Positions 40,801 through 48,515 of a stretch of DNA of 64,000 bases are shown here, piece by piece. The notes beneath the pieces are model-generated. The model was not told the DNA's origin. It saw nothing but the letters and a program-made list of their open reading frames with translations, and ran no database searches. The stretch spans positions 64,001 to 128,000 of the forward strand of contig CBDCTJ010000001.1 in NCBI GenBank assembly GCA_965222115.1, written 5' to 3'. Origin of the DNA: Planctomycetota bacterium (GTDB taxonomy: Bacteria > Planctomycetota > PLA2 > JAEUHO01). Numbering within the stretch: position 1 is the first letter of the stretch; every line of letters starts with the position of its first letter. The translations under genes were made by a program, and so were the position numbers.

Positions 40801-41206
40801 CGATTACGATTCCGGGAAAAAGGGCCCAAGCAGGTACCTATTCATGTCGGGCGCAGGCACAACAACCAACGCAAACACGCCGCGACCGGGCATAGATGAC
40901 AAAGTTCGTGAGGATGGATCGCCCGGAGGTTTGTCGGCCGCGGAGACGCCAGGTCATCTAGGCGACCAAACCGGAAATTGGGGTACCTACCGCGTCATTG
41001 ACACCGGCGCAGCCCCTAGCTTAGGATATCAGCGAGATGGAGGGGCCAATGGAGGTCATGTAACGATTCGGCCTAGCACCAACGCAACTACACAAAGTGT
41101 GCGAGCGTGGGCAAGCACACGAGGATCGTCGAATACTGGGGATGGTGTACATCGCGCCACATCGGCGCTGATGGGAGCGAATGTCGGAACGGGTACGAAC
41201 AGATGA
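34841..41206 (+). CDS. Full-length Rhs/YD polymorphic toxin, copy 2: N-terminal TM/signal, beta-propeller-like region, Cys-rich linker, DUF6531-like plug, YD shell, coiled coil plus putative toxin tip
   Basis: About 2120 aa; basic N-terminus plus TM; LEIELTYRSRS...YGNG plug motif; YD repeats; core ...GRFLQRDPLG; DPSG at 40421-40432. Confidence 0.95.
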   Translation: MASKNRNSRKRSKKDSRPETPRPWVHTPLGLVAVGLATYALAFLVLTGGRRILAEAAPPSPIVITDFGMKDTSTTGNPKESYNLAGQAGGIYQVDNANRHAVSFTSLKPAHSNNAVQQIDLDKTSGDVIYGASNGEIVRVDMTTNTSTTVGTVSGADFKVAAADNNSSSVDAWAIDANTNSLYEFKSSGPSVLGNPSFGQGPTELAGPKPGNNNVVALGDGSAEIYRLDVTLLVDYDDTFAGTNVEPTGLAVADADYCYVSINDGSTAKVLQVDLRASTFGFVTPVMGTYSNVSAVDISVAGPWVTVLMSDSANNETTARVFDVGVPSSPLYVGSVDLSLGYQAYGGLTTSLIGGETYDDLEFVWANATQDMSVTTGRDVDNEWTYGTATTVASGLNPVVTPAAPGSHNQAALGCCGPCPPWGPEGQGEVRHNGTCGTATMFPGGASGGGRIQGSTGGALSICSLGSFPGRGKGLEIELTYRSRSNFPYRYGNGCNLSQDVRLKTETNGDLTFQSAYGRMDTYVSNGAGGFVSPRHYDTTLVASGSGHTITDRFGQTATFDANGYRTSLADRYGNTHTFTYSSDKLTKITDSLGRIYNFNYDTTGRLSSVVDFGGRTWTLKYDYIGNLRQLTTPASAQFPNGRTTTYSYSPRNADSRLQGNLIHVENPGDEVVQTLKYNEHDMVVEEVRGDTSKIISYDITNNQTTFVDHARNTTRWTFDANAMVTETKIYTKGLRTGEPTAFTTAYTIDSVSGFVKAVVYPRGNRTDYTYDSSLNLTEVRHRTTDTSTNSGTDLVTSYQYTAQYNQMSQVTDPKGNVTSMTVDSSGNTTAVSRPAVTQPTSQSIAETFAYDSYGRITSATDAESRVTNFVYYTSGSQNGYLHKVIRDPDGLSITTTFQYDQYGNVTSVTDPSGATTTITVDAENFVTQIQAPTPLNYKRKFTYDANRNLTLLETENRDKDGTLDPTTPWIETSYTYNEMGWRLTATQDLTSSSQAVTTYEYDGEGKVTKIQSPTGEETKIEYDERALLFKLTRGYGAAEASTIQVDYDANGNRSKTINGEGDATNFTYDLFDRATKRTNALSHYVSWTYDKNGNVLTAAAYNASNVLQAKTTNHFDEVNRIWKRVQDRFGSGLTPSYPTVTIQHDKTGRVTEIKDPLNNKTTYSYDTAGRQTKVQDAVGNETEWVLDARGQATKIKRKDIPTAGGSETFETEFVYDALGRLTSKREIDRLNASNILTTNFSYDSRENLTFRVDAEGNPVRWAYDLANRQTSYERALAIGTSIDDFTNSILETASFDASGRLTSVTDDNLNTTSYSYDALSRVFKTTFADTKFVTRTFDKNDRVKTWTDQNGTVVTNTYDMLSRLTSRTVNRATGVLGTTSETYSYDALNRMLTAKDNDYEVQFTYDSVGNELKETQGYTVTGQEKWRTVTSTYTDAGSRSAIQYPSAFSVLHQRDAIYRMTAMVDSAASTNIASFTFQGAGRLAKTTNQNSTTTDHGYDGFARLSQLDHKNGSAQSFHTFDYLYDKVHNRRMEKNSFNATWIGSLPTGIQPFLNARNGKGDVYAYDMAYRMVDTRYDVTNPATEVGTPGSQTYVTKQVYTLDGLGNRSQTQQTPWGGSATTVAYSFNAMNEYTAIGGTSRTHDSNGNLTDDGTQTYHYDYKNRLVEVRVSGSSTVVAKYKYDALGRRVEKHVVSGAVTTRFILDGQDIVEEFDGNNTWLARYFHEDRIDHPRAMDRADISDVDGDSNTSEILRFTYHQNALGNVSEISAPGGGVVEWVTYDVYGKATVRNSAGTTQGSSYVGNPFLFTGRELDAESGMYHYRARAYDPEAGRFLQRDPLGYVDGLGLHEYCSSSPGTLVDPSGRADKRPSRDELKKMSATAKGKVAAKAARDAIKKKIETLNKAKGDLQKAIDAAADALWEAAQQDEEWKKKHKGKKPECWTRSSLKKAGLKPSDALKKLLDQLDALEKKLAAAQADLVNAEKEVSDYDSGKKGPSRYLFMSGAGTTTNANTPRPGIDDKVREDGSPGGLSAAETPGHLGDQTGNWGTYRVIDTGAAPSLGYQRDGGANGGHVTIRPSTNATTQSVRAWASTRGSSNTGDGVHRATSALMGANVGTGTNR

Positions 41207-41724
41207 ACCGTATTCAAGTCATTACACATGATTCATCGCCGACCGAATGGGTGAGACATCTACGTAAAATTCGGTTCGAGAGACCGATGTTAAGTGACGA
41301 GGAGTTGGTGACCGTGCTCGAATGTTTGCAGGGGCCTAGCTGGCCCTTGTGTGGTCAGCCAGAAGCAATGATCTTAAGGAGTGGTGAAAGGGCCATAGCA
41401 CCGATTAGGAACGTGCTTCGGGGATGCGATGACGAATGGCAAGCGACAATCATAGAGAGAATAGTTCGCTATTGGCCCCTGGTGTGGATCAACAGCGTAT
41501 CACCGGAGTTAAAGTCACTAGCACTCGATTCCGCCGCCAACAACAAACGAGAGATCATTCTCGCTTGTGTTTCACTTTGCGTTGAGTGTGGATTCATTTC
41601 GCCAGTGCAGGCTTGTATGCGGCTAGAGTCGATTTCCGATTTTGATTCGGAGGGAGATTTTTCCTCGGGATGGGCCGAACAGAAGCGCAATCTTCTGGAC
41701 GCGCTTAGGTCAGTTGCGTCGTGA
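41203..41724 (+). CDS. Putative immunity protein (DUF5071-like)
   Basis: ATGA overlap with toxin stop; LECLQGPSWP...GERAIAPIRNVL..DDEW motif. Confidence 0.75.
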   Translation: MNRIQVITHDSSPTEWVRHLRKIRFERPMLSDEELVTVLECLQGPSWPLCGQPEAMILRSGERAIAPIRNVLRGCDDEWQATIIERIVRYWPLVWINSVSPELKSLALDSAANNKREIILACVSLCVECGFISPVQACMRLESISDFDSEGDFSSGWAEQKRNLLDALRSVAS

Positions 41725-41799
41725 CCCCGCGCTCGCGAGTAGTAGGCTCTGTTTTCGTTCCCTCACACTCTCGTGGTGATTGCCGCAATTCGATTTTGA

Positions 41800-42315
41800 A
41801 TGGACTCGCATATGGATAAGCTAATCTTAGGTGTCACCAAGTTGAATGCCGAGGACAGGCTCATCGCCATGCATCGGCTGAGGTTTGGTGAACCCATCTT
41901 AGATGACAGAGCTATATATGCACTTCTTAACAGTCTAGGGGCACTTGACAAGCAGTGTGGCGCGTGGGTGAGCTCTGTCCTACTGCGAGAAGGAAAGCGG
42001 CTCGCCGAACCCGTAGCCAAAATCCTTAAGGCCCAAGACGATCATTTGATCAGCGTGGTCGTGTGCGAAATCGTTTGCAAATGGCCGCGCCAGTGGGTAC
42101 GTCTAGTTCGAAGCGAGCTGTTAGCACTTGCGCGCAATTCTGACAACAGGGAACTCGGGGGCGCCACACTGGTATGCGTCGAAATTGCTTTAGATAGCGG
42201 CCTCCTGAGTGAAGACGAGGCCCACGCCTTCGTTACGCGATTCATTGAGAGCGAGCAAGGGAGGCGTTATCGATCGGAGGGACTTGAGATTGTCGCTGCG
42301 CTTGACTTGCCGTAG
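41800..42315 (+). CDS. Second putative immunity protein, paralog of 41203-41724
   Basis: Aligns with upstream protein (LRFGEPILDD vs IRFERPMLSD; KWPRQWV vs YWPLVWI; ELLALA.NS.NRE vs ELKSLA.DS..NNKRE). Confidence 0.75.
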   Translation: MDSHMDKLILGVTKLNAEDRLIAMHRLRFGEPILDDRAIYALLNSLGALDKQCGAWVSSVLLREGKRLAEPVAKILKAQDDHLISVVVCEIVCKWPRQWVRLVRSELLALARNSDNRELGGATLVCVEIALDSGLLSEDEAHAFVTRFIESEQGRRYRSEGLEIVAALDLP

Positions 42316-42343
42316 GCGGAAGATACCGTGCCGAAGATACCGA

Positions 42344-42480
42344 GATACCGTGCCGCGTTTTCTCCCACCAACTTCGTGACTTTCGGCATTCACACCCCCG
42401 AGTACGTTCCGCGTGATTCACCGGTGCGACCCGGCCAAAGAATGACGGTCGTGGAGATGAAGAGCAGTTTCGGGGCCAAG
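42344..42480. repeat. Second copy of the post-Rhs hairpin element, preceded by short AGATACCG tandem units
   Basis: Aligns with 3323-3470; AGATACCG(TGCCG) occurs three times in 42320-42355. Confidence 0.85.
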
Positions 42481-42610
42481 ATACGGTGTCAGGAACGATT
42501 TCACACTTTTCCGAATTCGCAAGCGTGACAAAAAATACGGCGTACGGGCAAAATCCACACTTTTCGGGGAAGTGTCAGATTCGTTGCCAGAAGCCGAGCA
42601 ACGATCACAC
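42480..42610. repeat. About 130 bp insertion holding two tandem end-motifs of the dispersed repeat family
   Basis: ATACGGTGTCAGGAACGATTTCACACTTTT at 42481 and ATACGGCGTACGGGCAAAATCCACACTTTT at 42535; absent at the equivalent position (about 3468) of cassette 1. Confidence 0.75.
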
Positions 42611-42673
42611 TCTCATCCTTCGACAACAAGAACGGCGCCGGAACGCATCTACCCGCCACGGTAAACTAGCAAC

Positions 42674-42826
42674 ATGTCCGGTCGCCCACTACCGCACCGC
42701 TTGCGTCGCCTGACGTGGATGGCTTGTGTTCCCGTAGCTATCGCCGCGATCCTATTGATCCTTGATTTCGTGAATGACAAGCAACGCGCGACACGAACGC
42801 CATTCAAGTGGACTAAGGATCTCTGA
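42674..42826 (+). pseudogene. Truncated (50 aa) paralog of the 3529-4014 membrane protein
   Basis: MSGRPLPHRLRRLTWMACVPVAIAAILLILDFVNDKQRATRTPFKWTKDL* vs MPGRPLPHRLRRLIWTACIPAAVAAIIMSIEFVSNKQRALPKPFTWIRP... Confidence 0.8.
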
Positions 42827-42903
42827 TCCGTGCCGTGCGCATCGAAGGGCCGAACTAGAGCGAGCGTTTTTCCCCATTACGCGCTATTCCTCCGATTCGA
42901 AAC

Positions 42904-45078
42904 TCACTTCCCCGCCCGTTCTTCGAGTTCAACTCGCAGCTTCTTAGCGGGCGCCCGAATGCGCTGTACCGAGTCAGCGTACCCGGTCTTGAGAATCTTG
43001 AGCGTCCCCTCGCCAGGCGCGGCGTTCTTGAGCTTGAAACTGCCATCGGGACGAAGTTCTGCCACCGCGCTCTGACGCGTTCTTTCGTTGCGAAAGGACA
43101 CGTGCCCGGAGGGCTGTGGTTTACCCGACGGGTTGATAACAACGCCCGACACCTCAACGCCCAACGCAACACGCACCACAAGGTCGTCTTCGCCGGCACG
43201 CACACCCTCTACGAACTTCGACAAGAGGCGCTGCCCCTGCCCGCCTGGTTCAGATGCGTGCACTGTGATGTCTACGGTTTCGTGGGCGGGAACGTCACTC
43301 ACTTCAAATGTTGCGTCACTCGCGATCTTGAAGCTCTTCTGGAGTCTCGTCTTGCGCTTCGCGTCGCCCCAACGAGCGTACACCGTCCCGCGATCGATGA
43401 CGACACCTTCGGGACCCACGACGCGTCCGCGAATGCTCATGCCACGTTCAAGCCGCGTCACCAGATCTTCTTGCCCCTCTGCGACATTGAACCTCGCGGG
43501 AGTGATGTATCCCTTGGGCGCAAGTATCCGAACAGTTTGAATCGACCCTCTGAGTCCTACGGCATGCCAGTGCCCGTCTTCATTTGTCTTGACGTACCGG
43601 CCTCCTACCCGCACCGACAGCCCAGCCATCCCATCGCCATCTTCGTCCACAACGCGTCCGCAGAACGCGGCACCCTTCTTCAAACGAATTGTGATGAAGC
43701 GACCTCGCTCCTTTACCGACACGGTGGCGCCCAACAGATTGAGGGGCGCGCCCGCACTATCCCGCGGCTGGGCTACGCGTAGTGACCCAGGCAGCGACGT
43801 TGCGGCAACCTCGAAATCGAAACCACCGTCTTGGACCTCGTGTTCGATGAAAACCGGCCGCTTTCCCGACTTAGATGCCCAACCGATCTTGCATTGAGAA
43901 ATCGCAACACCGTCTTCCCCAATGACTTCGCCTCGAATACGCACAGGACGAGGCGGATTGCACCGAAAGACGAGATCCTGGGCGGGCACGTCTACGCCCT
44001 TGGCAATCACAGCACTCCAACCCCCACGGGAACTAGCTTCGAAGGAAGCGCGACTCTTGTGAACTTGATGAATGACGAATTTGCCGTCTTGGCCCGTGTT
44101 GGTGATTGTATTGTCGGACGGATGGAATTCACTTTTGAGCAACACTTGAATGCCTGCTAGCGGCTTGTCGCCTGGACCCAAGACGATCCCAGACGTTACG
44201 CCCACAACACTGAACTTAAGGATGAGCCCGTCTCGCGTTTCACCGGGCTTGAGATCAAACACATTGAGGCGCGCTTCCCCTTGCTTTCGGTAGGCGTGCA
44301 GGTTGATGGGCGCGCTCGGTAAATCCGTAAACTCGAACCGGCCTTGTGCATCGGACGTGTCGCTAAGACTTCCGGCGACGTATCGAATGCGGCCACCAAG
44401 TCCCACGCGCTGGTCGGCAATCGGTTTCCCATCTGTGTCTACGACAACACCACGAATCGTGCATGGCTGGGCCAAATAGAGCACGAAATTTCGCGTAGCG
44501 TCACTCCCTTCCCATGTCTGCTCGAAATCAAACTGGGGACCGGCCACGCTTCCATAGCCCACCTTGCGCGCCATGAGGCGTAGCCGGTGAAACTTGTCGA
44601 GCGTTTCACTCAGATCTACACGAAACGTGCCTCGCTTGTCGGTCGTAGCGAGCGCCGTCGCCCCCGGCTTGCCACCACCTCGCCCAACATGGATGGTCGC
44701 GCCCTCTACCGGTCGCTTGTCGGGACCTAGCACCGTGCCCGATACGATCCGCGGTTCGCGATCCGGATCGTCTGTTGGAACGACACCGCGCTTTCGCTCG
44801 GTTGCATAGGCGCCTGAGTTGTTAGGGTTGGTCTGTTGAGTCTGCCTGCCCCCGGTCCGTCGTGTGGTTTGAGATGTCTTGCTTCCCGGAGGAGCTACAA
44901 GCGTCGTATCGCGATCTCCCGTGAGCGACTTGTTGTTGCGCCCAAACTCTGGAGCCTCTTGCACAGTCTCGATTGAATCTTCCGCATCATGGGAACCGAG
45001 AACATCCATGAGCAAGAATACGCACGCAACGATCGCTATAAGCGCAGCAGCGAGCATCACGATCCACGACTTGTTCAC
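42904..45078 (-). CDS. Membrane-anchored protein with tandem carboxypeptidase-regulatory-like (prealbumin-fold) repeats
   Basis: N-terminal TM; repeated I.G.V.gpDG.P..G..V and TD..G.F motifs (about 6 units). Confidence 0.85.
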   Translation of the reverse strand: MNKSWIVMLAAALIAIVACVFLLMDVLGSHDAEDSIETVQEAPEFGRNNKSLTGDRDTTLVAPPGSKTSQTTRRTGGRQTQQTNPNNSGAYATERKRGVVPTDDPDREPRIVSGTVLGPDKRPVEGATIHVGRGGGKPGATALATTDKRGTFRVDLSETLDKFHRLRLMARKVGYGSVAGPQFDFEQTWEGSDATRNFVLYLAQPCTIRGVVVDTDGKPIADQRVGLGGRIRYVAGSLSDTSDAQGRFEFTDLPSAPINLHAYRKQGEARLNVFDLKPGETRDGLILKFSVVGVTSGIVLGPGDKPLAGIQVLLKSEFHPSDNTITNTGQDGKFVIHQVHKSRASFEASSRGGWSAVIAKGVDVPAQDLVFRCNPPRPVRIRGEVIGEDGVAISQCKIGWASKSGKRPVFIEHEVQDGGFDFEVAATSLPGSLRVAQPRDSAGAPLNLLGATVSVKERGRFITIRLKKGAAFCGRVVDEDGDGMAGLSVRVGGRYVKTNEDGHWHAVGLRGSIQTVRILAPKGYITPARFNVAEGQEDLVTRLERGMSIRGRVVGPEGVVIDRGTVYARWGDAKRKTRLQKSFKIASDATFEVSDVPAHETVDITVHASEPGGQGQRLLSKFVEGVRAGEDDLVVRVALGVEVSGVVINPSGKPQPSGHVSFRNERTRQSAVAELRPDGSFKLKNAAPGEGTLKILKTGYADSVQRIRAPAKKLRVELEERAGK

Positions 45079-45113
45079 GAGGGCTCCCTCGTCCGGGCTA
45101 CACGCTCACGCCC

Positions 45114-45983
45114 CTACTTCCTCTGCACCACCGCCACCGTATGGGGCCCCGCCGCATCGTGTACCGCAATCGATGCAATCGGCTTGTCACTCCGAAATGA
45201 ACGACTGACTTCAAACGGCGATATCACCTGCGCTACCATCCCCTTGGGCGGTATGGAGACAAATCGATACTGCGGAGGAAACGTAGCGGCGGGCGAGTCT
45301 TCAAACTGAGACTGCCATCCGGCGGCTGGGTGATTCCCCGTGGCAATCAACTTCACTGCCGTTCCACGTTGCTCCGCGCGATACGTAACGCTCTTTGCAA
45401 CGGCGATCATTGCCGGTGTGGGCTTCGATGGCGGGGTGGGCTTTACGGGTGGCGTTGGTTTTGTTGGTGGCGTTGGTTTTACGGGGGGCTTGGGCTTCTT
45501 CGATGCCACACGTTCCATTGTGAGCACATACGAGGTCTGTTTGTTCTCTTTCACAATGAGTCGAATCACGCCGTTCGCACTCGCGTCGTAGCTAAGCTCA
45601 AACTGTGGCCACGCAGCCTTGTCGCTATCCACGCGAGACAATGAATACAAAACGCGGTTGCGCCCCGAGGGATCTTCGACGGCTTGTGGTCGAATGTTCA
45701 CGGCCACCGGTTGTGCGGCCATGCGCGTGCAAATGGTGCGATCCCCAAACGGGTTCACTTGGCATGCGTTGGGATCTAAAAGCAACGTGCCGCGTTCCCC
45801 CAATGCACCACGGAGTGAAATGGTGTGTGCACCGGCAATGGTGCGCGCCATGTAGGCCGTGGTTAGGGACACGTGTTCCGCGGCGTCCTCTTCCGCACAT
45901 ACGTTTGCGCTCATCACGAACGCACCTGTCGATAACAACGCGAAGCAAGCGATAACACGTAGCGAGAGACGCTGAAACCTCAT
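45114..45983 (-). CDS. Secreted two-domain protein with Pro/Lys linker; C-terminal domain resembles PrcB-C/protease-inhibitor-like folds
   Basis: Signal peptide; KP(T/K)PP hexapeptide repeats; C-terminal PPKGMVAQVISPF. Confidence 0.7.
   Translation of the reverse strand: MRFQRLSLRVIACFALLSTGAFVMSANVCAEEDAAEHVSLTTAYMARTIAGAHTISLRGALGERGTLLLDPNACQVNPFGDRTICTRMAAQPVAVNIRPQAVEDPSGRNRVLYSLSRVDSDKAAWPQFELSYDASANGVIRLIVKENKQTSYVLTMERVASKKPKPPVKPTPPTKPTPPVKPTPPSKPTPAMIAVAKSVTYRAEQRGTAVKLIATGNHPAAGWQSQFEDSPAATFPPQYRFVSIPPKGMVAQVISPFEVSRSFRSDKPIASIAVHDAAGPHTVAVVQRK
45414..45500 (-). repeat. 18-bp coding tandem repeats (KPTPPx)
   Basis: KPKPPVKPTPPTKPTPPVKPTPPSKPTP. Confidence 0.8.
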
Positions 45984-46029
45984 GGCAACTCCTCAACATG
46001 AACGGCGATTGAATCCTAGCTGCGGAACG

Positions 46030-47082
46030 CTACGCGCGCGCGGCACGACGCACGGCAAACCGGTGGGCCTCGTGCGTTAGACACGCTTTCGCACGTTCGG
46101 TTTCCAGCCAAACGAGGGTGTGGTCCGGTTCACTGGCGTGGCCCAGCGGATCGCCAAACACCGCACGGAAGAAGGTGCACTCCTTGATCCAGCCACTACC
46201 CGCGTTTTGTCCGCGTCCGTGAACGTATTGCCCCGCAGCGCCAAGGGGCTGCAGATCGCGGACGTCGCGTCCACACTCCTCAGCCACTTCGCGCCGGAGC
46301 GCCTCCTTGAGCGTCTCGCCAGCGTCTGCCCCCCCGCCCGGAAGGTAGTGACCCGACGGGGTGCGCATAACGGCCACTTGATTCTGATCGTTCGTGATCA
46401 CCGCGTATGCCCCCGGGCGCGGCGTGTAGGTGACACCGGGCAACGGTGTTCCATAGCGATGCATAAGTAGGGTCGTTCCAAACGAGGCGGGCACATCGCG
46501 CTGAAGACGAAGCCTTCGGATGTACTCGCCGCGTCGAACCGAAACGCAACCAAACTGAGCCAAGTGCCCTGTTTCGAACTGCACATCCAACAACCCGAAG
46601 CCGCGGTAGCGCAAATGGTCTACGAGGTGCGCCAGCGCAATCTTTGAGGCATCGCGCTCGCGCATAAACTTTGATTCGGCAGCGAAGGCACCGCCAATGG
46701 CCACGCCATACGTCCCGCCGACCAATCGGTCTCCATCCCACACTTCGACGGAATGGGCATGTCCGGCGCGGTGAAGCGCGCGGTAGCACTCGATCATCTC
46801 TTCGTGGATCCACGAACCGTTACGGTTCTCGTCGCAGGCGCGCATGACGGCTTCAAAGCGCTCGTTGATGCTCACGCGGAAGGGGGCGGCTCGAAGGGTT
46901 CGACGCAGTCGTCGCGAGACGTGGAAGGACGAGAGCGGGATGATGCCGCGCGGATCCGGTGACCACCAAAGCACGGGATAGCCGGCGTCGTACCAAGGAA
47001 ATACGCCCTCGCGGTAGGCCGCGTAGACATGATCGGGATCCAGACCGCCGGCAGTGATAGCGACTTGGCTCTCCCCGGGCAC
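46030..47082 (-). CDS. aat: Leucyl/phenylalanyl-tRNA-protein transferase fused to a NUDIX hydrolase
   Basis: AYREGVFPW, WWSPDPRG, AHSVEVW, ESKF, DASKIAL, LLDVQ; intact Nudix box GGADAGETLKEALRREVAEECG; in-frame upstream FP motif suggests a possible CTG start at 47136. Confidence 0.9.
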   Translation of the reverse strand: MPGESQVAITAGGLDPDHVYAAYREGVFPWYDAGYPVLWWSPDPRGIIPLSSFHVSRRLRRTLRAAPFRVSINERFEAVMRACDENRNGSWIHEEMIECYRALHRAGHAHSVEVWDGDRLVGGTYGVAIGGAFAAESKFMRERDASKIALAHLVDHLRYRGFGLLDVQFETGHLAQFGCVSVRRGEYIRRLRLQRDVPASFGTTLLMHRYGTPLPGVTYTPRPGAYAVITNDQNQVAVMRTPSGHYLPGGGADAGETLKEALRREVAEECGRDVRDLQPLGAAGQYVHGRGQNAGSGWIKECTFFRAVFGDPLGHASEPDHTLVWLETERAKACLTHEAHRFAVRRAARA

Positions 47083-47384
47083 CCACGCAAGCCGAGGAAA
47101 TAGCGCGCGGCAGGTGGGTGACGGCGTGTCCTTCAGCGCGAATCCTGACTGCTCAGCGAATGGCTCCGTCTAAGCAAACAATAACCTTACAAAGGGCGGC
47201 GTAATTTGCCGCATGTGCTCGAGTGGGTGAATTCGGGCAAGCCCCCTTCTACCAAAACAACCGGGGGCTGGTACCGCGCCGCCTCAGGTCGAATTTCTGC
47301 GATTGTTGAAGTCGCGATGGCTCTAGTCAGCCTAACTGGGGGCCGATTAGTCAGTGTGAGGGATCTCCCCTAGGGAGGGAACGT

Positions 47385-48446
47385 ATGTTCTTCACACGTA
47401 AGTCAGTTTTTGCGCTGCCGGTCGCCATGGCGATGGGCGCTGCGCTCCTCTTGACCACTGGCTGCCAAACCGGCGGCATGAGCTCAGATGGTCAAGGCGG
47501 AGTCTTTGGTAGCGGCAGCGACTCGATGATTGCCGATGTCACCTCGATTTCCGGAGCGGGCAAAGGCAATTGGACCACGCCACCACCGGTTGGCAGCACA
47601 GCTCCAAGCGCGACGATCGCTGCACCGAGCTACTCCTTGCAGCCTGCGCCCGAACAGAGCGCAGCCTCGTTCTATGGCGCCTCGACGCCCCCACCGCCTC
47701 CGCCGCCGCCCCCGCCAAGTGCGAGTTTGAGCGACGGATGCGACACGGTGGCACCGGCGCCCGCGGCCGATCCTTGCGGTGTTGTAGATGCGTGTGCCGG
47801 AGACGCGTGTGGCATTCCGGCCGCACCACCTGCGGTTGCAAGCATGCCAACACGCCGTCGTTGCGTACCACGCAGTTTCGGCAAGGCGTATAACCCATGT
47901 GCAGGTCTGGCGTGTTGCCAAGGCATTAGCCAGTGGCACATTCGCGCGGTTGGTGGTGGCAGCTTCTTCTTCGGCGACGATGCGCCGGAAGAGTGCAGCT
48001 ACTTCGGCGCCGACATTGGTCGCACCTTCTGCGGTTGCTGGGGACTTGACGCCTATTACCGGCACAACACGGGTCGCTTGGACCGCCAGGTGATTACGGG
48101 ACAAGCTGCCCCCGTAACTCAGATTGATGAGGACGGCGGCGAATGGCACCACGTGGGCCTCAAGGCAACCATTGAACGTCCCCTGTATGGCAACCGCCTT
48201 TACGGATGGGCGGGCGTTGGTGCCGGCTACTACTGGACCGAAGGCTACATCAATGACGACGATGGCTTTGAAGGCTACGCCGAAGCCGGTATTGGCTACA
48301 TGCTGACAAGTCGCTTGCGCCTACGCGCAGGTGTCAATGTGCATGCCATGGATACCGAGGTTACGCGCGAAGACCCCGCGGATGACGGAGACTCCCGTTG
48401 GCTCTTCTTGGTTGCACCGGTTCTGGAACTGGAAGCCACCTTCTAA
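47385..48446 (+). CDS. Lipoprotein with Pro/Cys-rich linker and C-terminal outer-membrane beta-barrel
   Basis: GGAGG RBS; lipobox TTG-C; poly-Pro; alternating beta-strands (YGWAGVGAGYYW, GYAEAGIGYML); terminal LELEATF. Confidence 0.8.
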   Translation: MFFTRKSVFALPVAMAMGAALLLTTGCQTGGMSSDGQGGVFGSGSDSMIADVTSISGAGKGNWTTPPPVGSTAPSATIAAPSYSLQPAPEQSAASFYGASTPPPPPPPPPPSASLSDGCDTVAPAPAADPCGVVDACAGDACGIPAAPPAVASMPTRRRCVPRSFGKAYNPCAGLACCQGISQWHIRAVGGGSFFFGDDAPEECSYFGADIGRTFCGCWGLDAYYRHNTGRLDRQVITGQAAPVTQIDEDGGEWHHVGLKATIERPLYGNRLYGWAGVGAGYYWTEGYINDDDGFEGYAEAGIGYMLTSRLRLRAGVNVHAMDTEVTREDPADDGDSRWLFLVAPVLELEATF

Positions 48447-48475
48447 CACCTACCGTTCTCAGTTAGAAACATCTC

Positions 48476-48515
48476 GCGCGCGCCAGCTTACGGTTGGCGC
48501 GCGCTGTTCGTTTTG
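48476..48515 (+). terminator. Rho-independent terminator candidate
   Basis: Stem GCGCGCGCCAGC / GTTGGCGCGCGC, 5-nt loop, followed by TGTTCGTTTTG. Confidence 0.7.

Noticed and set aside
42481-42570. CRISPR array
   Set aside because: Only two diverged units 54 bp apart, matching a dispersed repeat end; no cas genes
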